64,000 bases of DNA from Tetramitus jugosus. Lineage: Eukaryota; Protista; Heterolobosea. Where the stretch lies: assembly GCA_937625935.1 (NCBI GenBank), contig OW569360.1, positions 1-64,000 on the forward strand, read 5' to 3'. The position numbers and the translations under genes were made by a program. Positions within the stretch are counted from its first letter, which is position 1. Each line of letters starts with the position of its first letter. Below are positions 1 through 8,128 of the stretch, one piece after another. The notes under the pieces were generated by a model. It made no database searches, had not been told where the DNA came from, and saw only the letters and a program-made list of their open reading frames with translations.

Positions 1-778
1 CCAAACCCAAACCCCAAACCCAAACCAACCCAAACCCAAAACCAAACCCAAACCCAAACCCAAACCCAAACCCAAACCCAAACCCAAACCCAAACCCAAA
101 CCCAAACCCAAACCCAAACCCAAACCCAAACCCAAACCCAAACCCAAACCCAAACCCAAACCCAAACCCAAACCCAAACCCAAACCCAAACCCAAACCCA
201 AACCCAAACCCAAACCCAAACCCAAACCCAAACCCAAACCCAAACCCAAACCCAAACCCAAACCCAAACCCAAACCCAAACCCAAACCCAAACCCAAACC
301 CAAACCCAAACCCAAACCCAAACCCAAACCCAAACCCAAACCCAAACCCAAACCCAAACCCAAACCCAAACCCAAACCCAAACCCAAACCCAAACCCAAA
401 CCCAAACCCAAACCCAAACCCAAACCCAAACCCAAACCCAAACCCAAACCCAAACCCAAACCCAAACCCAAACCCAAACCCAAACCCAAACCCAAACCCA
501 AACCCAAACCCAAACCCAAACCCAAACCCAAACCCAAACCCAAACCCAAACCCAAACCCAAACCCAAACCCAAACCCAAACCCAAACCCAAACCCAAACC
601 CAAACCCAAACCCAAACCCAAACCCAAACCCAAACCCAAACCCAAACCCAAACCCAAACCCAAACCCAAACCCAAACCCAAACCCAAACCCAAACCCAAA
701 CCCAAACCCAAACCCAAACCCAAACCCAAACCCAAACCCAAACCCAAACCCAAACCCAAACCCAAACCCAAACCCAAA
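1..778. repeat. Telomeric repeat array (CCCAAA)n, i.e. TTTGGG on the minus (G-rich) strand; chromosome end is at the left
   Basis: About 129 tandem CCCAAA units from position 1, slightly irregular in the first ~50 nt; ends at ...CCCAAA|TCAATT. Confidence 0.97.
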
Positions 779-1782
779 TCAATTCCTTTCTCATAAATCA
801 AAAATTTCATTCAAATTCAAAACAGAATCGATCTATCATCTAAAGTCTGATCAAACAGGATCAATGAAAGCTCAAATCACTAAGTCCATTTCTATTTTCA
901 TCTCTTGACCTTCTCTCCTTAGTTTTTGTCGCAAACATCAAGATTCTCATTTGTGCTCAACATCTGGAAGAATTTGAGGCAAGCTAGGGAGTCAATATAC
1001 GTTTTATGAGTAATCATTTCTCCTTCTCTTCAGTTATGTTGGGTTGGGTCTGGGTATTCAACTCTGCATTCAAGAAAACCATAAAATTTGAGTTCTCATT
1101 CGATCAGAGCCGATCTATCTCAGAAGAAGAATTTTTCCCAAGACTCTCAGTCTATCACATTCATAAATCTGAATTGTCATTCAGAAAAAGCTAGTACTCT
1201 GGATTTCTGACGGGTTGAGTTTGGCGTTTCAACTATAAACTCGATTCAAATTTGAAACTTCACTATTTCACTGTCTTACAGGATTTTACGTAGAAAAGTC
1301 TCATTACTAGATAAAATATCTGATTCTACAGTGATTATTTAATAAAATCTGTCTATTCTATCCAGAAAAACACTAAATCAAGTCTGTCAAAAATTCTGAA
1401 AAATCGGGTACTCAGACACTGAGTCAAAAAATACATTTAGCAGGAAATCATGTTATAAATGATCAAATACTGTCTCAATATCCTGATCCAAACTAAAGAA
1501 ATCAAGTCTCAATCGAATGTCTTAACTCCAGTACAGGATCAAAATCGACTGAAATCTGTTGCAGTTTTAACACTGTTGCCGATAAAAATCTGTTAAATAC
1601 AGCATAGATATATCGGCTCTACGAGCCGATAAAGCTCAAATCGAGTTGAAAACCTCGCCAATCTCTTCATCTCAACCAGCTGAAGCTCCTAGAGCAATAA
1701 AAAATCTCAAAAAAAAATTACCATATAAGGAAATCGTTTCCTTAGGTTGGGGAATCCAGGATGTAGTCCCAAACCCAAACCC
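779..1782 (+). other. Non-coding distal subtelomeric block, possibly the 3' end of a second telomere-capped retroelement copy
   Basis: No credible ORF; ends with AATAAA (1696), TCA9TT (1707-1719) and CCCAAACCCAAACCC (1768-1782); these motifs recur in the same order at 4372-4532. Confidence 0.4.
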
Positions 1783-1792
1783 CAACCCCCCC
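1768..1792 (+). repeat. Interstitial telomeric tract CCCAAACCCAAACCCCAACCCCCCC at the 5' edge of the RT reading frame
   Basis: 2.5 perfect repeats plus a degenerate tail; the RT frame is open from 1767, right after TAG 1764-1766. Confidence 0.85.
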
Positions 1793-1844
1793 AGTCTCAA
1801 CAATCAAGATTCTCACACACTGGTGCATTGATAAGATCTCAAAT

Positions 1845-3662
1845 TTGCACCCATCTATGGGTGAACACCTACGGAAAACAAGACAAATTGAGGATATCAA
1901 TGAATTGTCCATTCCCAAGTTTTATTTGTTGCCAAAAGTGCACAAAGACAAACTCCAAGGTCGACCAATTGTTGCCAGCCATAGTTGGGTCAACACTGAA
2001 GCATCCAAACTGCTCAGCATTAGACTCCGTCTAATGATCACTCAACTACAGCAAAGACGAGACCAGGGTTTACTACCAGTAATGCCCATTGTTTCATCTT
2101 CATATGAAGCGAAACTGGTTCTCAACAAATGGTGCTTGCAGAATGGAGCAACGTGGGAATTCACAGTACATCCAAAGCTGCAAACCTACAGCTATGATTT
2201 CACTGCATTGTACACCAATTTGAGACATGACGTCATCAAAACAAATATGGAGTACATCTTTGAAATGATGCAACAACTTGAACCAAACACTTGGACAAGT
2301 CAAGAAATTGGTGCAATGAAATTGTTGTTGCATTTTGTGTTAACCTGCACATACATTAGATGTGAGGAACTCAACAATAGCATTTTTAAACAAGTAATTG
2401 GCCTTCCAATGGGCACAAATTGTGCGCCTGAATTAGCCAACCTTGTGCTACTTGCTTATGAGTTGCAACACTTGACCAAAGTCAACAGATCCCACTGCAT
2501 TGCAGTGAGGTACATTGACGATTTGTTCATTGCTTGCACAAAAGAGTGCATACCTACCATTGTCAACATGTACAATGGTTCGGATTTGAAACTCTGCAAA
2601 GCAGACAATAATGTTTTCCTGGATTTGCACATCCAATTGGAAAAGTATTATGAGAACTTTGCAGTTCCATTATGGCGCTTTCACTTCAATGTCTACCAGA
2701 AGCCATTGAACAAGTACATGTACTCCATGTACAAGTCAGCGTCTTCATTTGCAGCAAGGAAAGGTCTGATCACAGGTGAGTTGGTAAGATACGCTCGCCT
2801 TGTTGATCACTTCAAACAATTCGATTCAATTCGAACATTGTTTGCCTCTCGGTTAATCCGAAGAGGTTATGACCACCATTTCGTTCAACGAATGTTCAAA
2901 AAGAACAATTACTTTGCACTCATTGAACGATACTGCAAATCAATTGACTGGCAAGCCAGAGTGATCAAGTACCAACAAAAATTGGACTTGCAACACAAAC
3001 CAAAAATTCCACCAATTTGGAAAGTGTTACACTCTGGCAGTGGCATCAATTATCGACAATTGATAAATGCCATTTCTCTCTTCAATGAGATTGACTTGCC
3101 AAAGGAATTGGTCATTTGCAATGTCAGACTTCCCAACATTAGGGAAGTTCTGCACGCATGCAAAACCAAATTCAACACTTGGGTGCAACAATGTGATCAA
3201 ATGCCAAACGAAGAAGAAAAGAAGAAAATGGCAAGAAAATTGATGGACGTTGTTGTTGGTAACCACAAACGACGTTGGCAGCGTACTTCATTTGCTGCAC
3301 AACGACTGATCCGATCCTTTTCGGAAAGGGGAAGTGGTTATTCAACAATTAGACGCCAGTTGCAATTGCGACTTCGCAAAACATCACGCGGGTGCGTGAT
3401 GCTGACGAAGTCAGCAACGCACCTGCGCCCAAACCCACCCAAGACCCAAAATAAGAGGTACTTGAGGGAAAAGGAGGCTGTCGAAGCGGCAATGGCCAAA
3501 CGACACAAAACAACTCCTTCACAGTCCACATGGGACTCTTGCAACGTGAATACAACCGTTGTATCTAAGAGAGTGAGAGATACAAAGGGTTGTACGTTAA
3601 TGCAGAGTGCACCTCGCATCAAGAAACGCAAACTTGATAGCATGGACTACAAGTGGTACTGA
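1845..3662 (+). CDS. Penelope-like reverse transcriptase lacking an endonuclease; first ATG at 1857, probably N-terminally truncated; basic C-terminal tail with NLS-like PRIKKRKL
   Basis: PLE-type motifs PKFYLLPKVHK..GRPIVAS, SYDFTALYTN, QVIGLPMGTNCAPELANL, RYIDD, FLDL, VYQKP, thumb KGLITGELVRYARL..RLIRRGY; no GIY-YIG motif. Confidence 0.92.
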   Translation: MHPSMGEHLRKTRQIEDINELSIPKFYLLPKVHKDKLQGRPIVASHSWVNTEASKLLSIRLRLMITQLQQRRDQGLLPVMPIVSSSYEAKLVLNKWCLQNGATWEFTVHPKLQTYSYDFTALYTNLRHDVIKTNMEYIFEMMQQLEPNTWTSQEIGAMKLLLHFVLTCTYIRCEELNNSIFKQVIGLPMGTNCAPELANLVLLAYELQHLTKVNRSHCIAVRYIDDLFIACTKECIPTIVNMYNGSDLKLCKADNNVFLDLHIQLEKYYENFAVPLWRFHFNVYQKPLNKYMYSMYKSASSFAARKGLITGELVRYARLVDHFKQFDSIRTLFASRLIRRGYDHHFVQRMFKKNNYFALIERYCKSIDWQARVIKYQQKLDLQHKPKIPPIWKVLHSGSGINYRQLINAISLFNEIDLPKELVICNVRLPNIREVLHACKTKFNTWVQQCDQMPNEEEKKKMARKLMDVVVGNHKRRWQRTSFAAQRLIRSFSERGSGYSTIRRQLQLRLRKTSRGCVMLTKSATHLRPNPPKTQNKRYLREKEAVEAAMAKRHKTTPSQSTWDSCNVNTTVVSKRVRDTKGCTLMQSAPRIKKRKLDSMDYKWY

Positions 3663-3828
3663 ACCACAAGATTCGTAGTCAGGATAAACCGTACGGGGTA
3701 CGGCTCCGACTACAGTGCAAATCGCCAACGGCCAATTAAAATGGTCCTACGGACCATTTTTATCGGCCCAATGGGCAATTGCAATCTTCCAAGGTTCAAG
3801 ACTTTTGTGCAGCCAAGTTGACCTGCAC
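3247..3828 (+). ncRNA. Candidate highly structured RNA domain overlapping the RT C-terminal tail and 3' UTR, containing CCCAAACCCA
   Basis: At least 10 stems found by eye, e.g. 3387-3397/3417-3427 plus 3400-3406/3410-3416, 3551-3566/3578-3594, 3675-3713, 3738-3747/3751-3760. Confidence 0.55.
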
Positions 3829-4124
3829 TTTTAGTATAAATAATAAAGTTGTGGTGTAGAGTGCTCATGTTTAGGCACCGCACTAGATTTGCGTCCAGCC
3901 CGAATACCTGTGTTGCACGTAAATATACCACAACTAACAAACAACAACAACATCTCACTCGCCACTCTCGCGCCCCATAGTGGAGTGTTTGAACCCAACC
4001 CTCATGTCAGAAGGTTAAGTCCACCGATAAGAAACAAAAGGAATCATGTCGAGCTAAGGAACATAGAGGAAGCTTATTCAGCAACTCAACTGGTGATGAA
4101 ATTTTATGAAGAAATATTGACAGA

Positions 4125-4376
4125 ATGCTGGCTCCTTTGGAGAGAAAAAGCATAAATAAGGTTACTAATGACACAACCAATATGTCGTACGGAAATTTCA
4201 AGTTGATGATGAACAACCTGAAGAGAAAAAGAGAAATTGATATGAAGAAAGTGGATGAAAAATACAACACTGAAAAGGAGAAACTCAAAGCGAAGTTTTC
4301 CCATCTCCAAAGAGAGTCAGACCCTGACAGTGAAGATTCACTAATTATAGAACTTTCTGGTGAAGAAGATGAATAA
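4125..4376 (+). CDS. Small coiled-coil/acidic-tail protein, possibly an accessory ORF of the retroelement (ATG 4125 or 4182)
   Basis: K/E-rich helical stretch LKRKREIDMKKVDEKYNTEKEKLK; stop overlaps AATAAA (4372-4377), like the stop-adjacent AATAAA of several host genes here. Confidence 0.45.
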   Translation: MLAPLERKSINKVTNDTTNMSYGNFKLMMNNLKRKREIDMKKVDEKYNTEKEKLKAKFSHLQRESDPDSEDSLIIELSGEEDE

Positions 4377-5018
4377 AGGAGCAAAGTTCAAAAAAAATTT
4401 TCTTTTTTTTTTCAGGGTTTTTCAGGGATGAAAAATTCCCTGAAATTCAGGGGAAAAATCGCTGCCAGCGCAATGACAGCTTGGAGACCACAACAACCGT
4501 GGGTTGAGCTAGGTTTATGTATCCCCAACCCAGCGATCCCTTTTCCCATTTTCTACTGCCTGCAGAGCAGATGGGTTCTCAATGGCCACATTCCAGTTAT
4601 GTGGATCAGAACGCTGTTTTGTTCAACAACTAAAATACAATTTTCCTTTATTTCTTCTCGTATGGATATCGAACAAAAGTTCATGTACACCGGTTTGTTT
4701 TGTTTGTTTGTGAAAAAAAAATTTTTTATGTCATTTGGACGGCCATAAAACATTTTCATGTCAAGTCTCCTACACAAAAAGTTTATTTTTTTATGTCAAA
4801 CTCAGGTCACTCATACATATGTGACAAGCATCGGAAAAGATTGGAAGCACAACGAAACGACGAAAGAACCGTTATTTTATTTGTTGAAGGGATTTAGGAT
4901 CAAGGCCATCTTTTCGCGGAACACTATCAATATATGATGTTGTGATGATGTCGGAGATTTTCGCTTTATAATTTTCCGTCCCGAAACAGAAGATGATTTT
5001 CTCCGATTATTTAGCGCT

Positions 5019-5870
5019 TCACAATTTTGTCTTCGTTAGGCCCACCGCAACTGTGGTCAAGAATTCTTTTTTGATGTAGCCATCGACATTGGCTGGTTTA
5101 AACTTGGACATGATCCAAAAGGGCATTGCTTCCAATTCCTTCAGATCTTCGACCAAAGAAGTACCGCCGCCCAAAATGGAAATCAAATCCAAAATTGAAC
5201 TGTCCTTGTTATAGGCAACAGTGAGATTAACAAGAAATTCCCCCACTCGAATCTCGCGAGCGAAGGAATTGAGCTCCGATCCCACTGGCTCTCTTGATTT
5301 GAGAGTTACAAATAGTTTTTGTCCTTCTTTGGTTTGTCTTTTTCGTACTGCGTATCTCATGCAAGCCACTGTTGAAACTGTCTTGCTCAACGTTTCGAAC
5401 TTCTTGTCATCAAGACTTACCAAGTCTTTTACTTGTGTGCTGTCTTCCGTGATGATCTTGTTGGGGTCAAGACGAAAAAGAGTCTTCTTGAGCCAAGAAA
5501 CATTTTTTTGTGTTTATCTAACCCCACTTTGGCGCTCAACTTTTCATACTCTTCTTGGAGTGCCGAAATTTCGTGATTTTTCTTCATCACAGTCTCCTTG
5601 GCCTCTAGTAACTTATTCTGCAGTTGACCGTTGTCAAAGACTTCTCGGTCCAACTTTGTTTGGAGTGTCTTGATAGGGTCTTCATTACTGTCATGGAGGT
5701 GGAGGCCATCTCCATCTCTAGTGATGATCACAAAGGTTTTTAAAGTGCCGTTGGTGGTTGGCAGCACTGCCTCCAGAGAAGGAGAAAGAGTGAAAGGGAT
5801 AGGATTTGTGAGAATTGTTGGTTGGTTGGGTCGTTGGGATTGTTTCCATGACTATTGGGTGCTTGTTCAT
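5019..5870 (-). pseudogene. Frameshifted coiled-coil protein gene (ORFs 5429-5767 and 5019-5423)
   Basis: The 5019-5423 frame stays open upstream to the A7 run at 5503-5509; one extra A would fuse the two ORFs; the upstream ORF has no in-frame ATG near its start. Confidence 0.4.
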
Positions 5871-6403
5871 GACATGTTAGTATATTGATGTACTTTATTG
5901 GAGTACTTACTTACTTTTGTTGGTTCGTTTTTTGATTGATAAATGCGTCACTTAGAATTTTAGTGTGTGACCTGAGGAGAACAATTATGGTCACACGTTC
6001 ACGTGTTCCCCCCTAAGCATTGGTCCAGGCCGAAACGTGCACGTGTGAGGGTAAAATCATTTTTGTTGACAGTTCATGTTATGTACAGTGTTGGAAACAT
6101 AAACAAGGTTAAATTGAATTTGTTCTTTATTATGAGCTTCAATAATGATTGTTTTTCCTACAATGGCAATTATGAAATCACAAGGGCTATTACTTACCTA
6201 ATAACCCAAACATGAACCCAAATCCTCCAGTCGATGTTGTATTCATCAGGTTATTGTATTCACTTCTAAGTATTACGAACAAGTTATGAAGGATTTCAAT
6301 CTTGCAGTTCAACTGGCTGTGTCACAATAGAAGTTCGAACCTTCCGATATCAGTCCCAAATCTTCACATGCGGAACTATCTGGGCCTTCTAAGACATATG
6401 TGA

Positions 6404-6510
6404 ATTTAGGCAACCTGCTGGTTCCACTGAAGAAGTCATATTACAGGCGTAACCAGATAGTTCCACTGACAAAGTCAAGTTTTAGGCGGAACCGGCTGGT
6501 TCCTCTGTAA
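6404..6510. repeat. Degenerate 39-bp tandem repeat, about 2.5 copies
   Basis: CTGGTTCCACTGA..AAGTCA..AGGCG.AACC units starting at 6418, 6457 and 6496. Confidence 0.65.
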
Positions 6511-6644
6511 AAAAGCTTTTATAGCTGGTTCTACCTATTATTTCTCGCAGTGAGAACACTCCTACCTTGCAGGTAATATTGAAGCGTTGCAATACAGTTC
6601 GTAATTCATTGAGCAACTGAATAAATAGTATTGCTTTATTGGCT

Positions 6645-7068
6645 TCAACGATGGCAAATAACAGCTGTGTCTTGTAGTTGCCACGAGTTCTTCACTCCAA
6701 TTTTAAACAGGTCTAAAAGCTGTTTGCAGCTTGGTCTCTCCTCTGGACACTTTTTAGTGCACCAATGGTACACGTATTTCAAAACAATATTCGCCTTCGA
6801 AACATCGTGAGACGTCTCTCCTCCTGTGACGAGCATCAAGTCTTGCGATTTTCCTAAGTGGCTATAAGGTGCTTCCCCTTAAATACGGGGATATGATGAG
6901 ATTATGTCCGATGGGTAGTGCTTTGAACACAACTTTCTCTTGATTGTACAGACGAGTTGCTTCATACGTGTGCAAACCCAGCTGTTTTTCCAATGAAACA
7001 CAGTCCCTGCGATCTAGTGGCATTCCTGGCGGGTATGGCGGCAGTACTACCCACGATTTCATTATCAC
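6645..7068 (-). pseudogene. Possible decayed protein-kinase-like fragment
   Basis: YEATRLYNQEKVVFK resembles kinase subdomains I-II and CPEERPSCKQLL resembles subdomain XI; interrupted by a stop and frame change, catalytic motifs absent. Confidence 0.25.
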
Positions 7069-7173
7069 CGTTCTGTGTGTTTGTTTTTTTGAAATTTTGC
7101 TGGATTTTTGTTTCGCGCTGCAAACACAGATCGGTTTTGGTGCATGAATACCCGATAGCTGGAGAAGAATGTC

Positions 7174-7464
7174 TTAAACAAAGAGAACACCTGCGTACTT
7201 CGAACACATGCCTCTGTCGTAGTCACTCTCAACAGACAGTTTGGAGCATTTATACGAGGGACAAGTCCCTTCAGTACAAAAGCCTTGTTTGCACCAAACA
7301 CACCTCGACAAGTCACAATGTCGAAAGACGTCAGTGGAACAGGAGTCACCAGAGAGAGTTCGATTGATTCGATCAAGGCAGCTTGCTGCCTCAACGTTTG
7401 ATAGAGAGACGGTCAACAGAACAACGAGCAATAGAGCGAAATAACTCTTCGAGACAAGTACCAA
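7174..7464 (-). CDS. Small secreted-type cysteine-rich peptide; no ATG at the 5' end, so possibly a pseudogene
   Basis: Hydrophobic signal-like YFALLLVVLLTVSLSNVEA followed by 9 Cys in ~60 aa. Confidence 0.35.
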   Translation of the reverse strand: MVLVSKSYFALLLVVLLTVSLSNVEAASCLDRINRTLSGDSCSTDVFRHCDLSRCVWCKQGFCTEGTCPSYKCSKLSVESDYDRGMCSKYAGVLFV

Positions 7465-8128
7465 GATGGTGAAAGAGAGAAGGTAACATGGTTTCCAGAA
7501 ATTGTTCGTTCAAAGAGTGACGATACATACACTTTGTTGATTTTACTTCCCGATGGATAAGTAGAAAGATCTACATTCACAAGTGTTCATCTTCGATTGA
7601 TAAGGAATATTGAAGTCATCGAACGTGATTTGAAATCTATATGTCATTCCTCTCAGATGTTACCACCAATATTGAACAGAGAAATAGATACCACCAGAGT
7701 TCAACGTTCGTCACTTTGAACCAACTCTACAATTAGACAAAATTCTTGCTACATCATCCCAGAATGAAGTTTAAAACTGAATATCTGGTTGAACACTTGC
7801 AGTGAGTATCCACTACTCGATTCATTAATCGGACTTATTTACATACCTCCAACAGGTGCTGGAATTCCTCTCGCATATATAGTATTGAACACGATAGTCA
7901 ATTATGAACAAACTCGATTTCGTAAAACAACTTCCTCTGTAGGTATAACTCAAGGTAGAGTTCAGATTTCTAAGAACTCCCAGACGCAACAAAAATTGAT
8001 CAACAGTGGATACATGACGCGTGTTCGTTACTGCTTTGATTGTAGACATTGTCATGGTGGTTGGGGAATAGGTCCATGCAGTATACGTCGCCAATATGAA
8101 CGAAAAAAGAGACTAGAAGCTCAAAACA

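Larger units (their letters stand above)
1768..4532 (+). mobile_element. Telomere-associated, endonuclease-deficient Penelope-like retroelement (Athena/Coprina-type architecture); boundaries inferred
   Basis: PLE RT without GIY-YIG, about 1 kb from the telomere, sense strand is the C-rich strand, C-strand telomere tracts at 1768, 3428 and 4523, small downstream coiled-coil ORF. Confidence 0.75.

Noticed and set aside
1-50. Variant telomere units at the extreme start
   Set aside because: Most likely low-coverage consensus errors at the contig end
1845-3662. Telomerase catalytic subunit TERT
   Set aside because: Too short, no T/CP motifs seen; the motifs (LPKVHK, GLPMGTNCAP, KG.I.GEL.RY) are PLE-type
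779-6100. Canonical hammerhead ribozyme, expected in many PLEs
   Set aside because: CTGACGA (3402) and CTGAGGA (5972) are not followed by stem II plus GAAA in the right geometry; no complete core was found by eye
6404-6510. CRISPR-like array
   Set aside because: Eukaryotic context, contiguous degenerate units with no unique spacers, no cas genes
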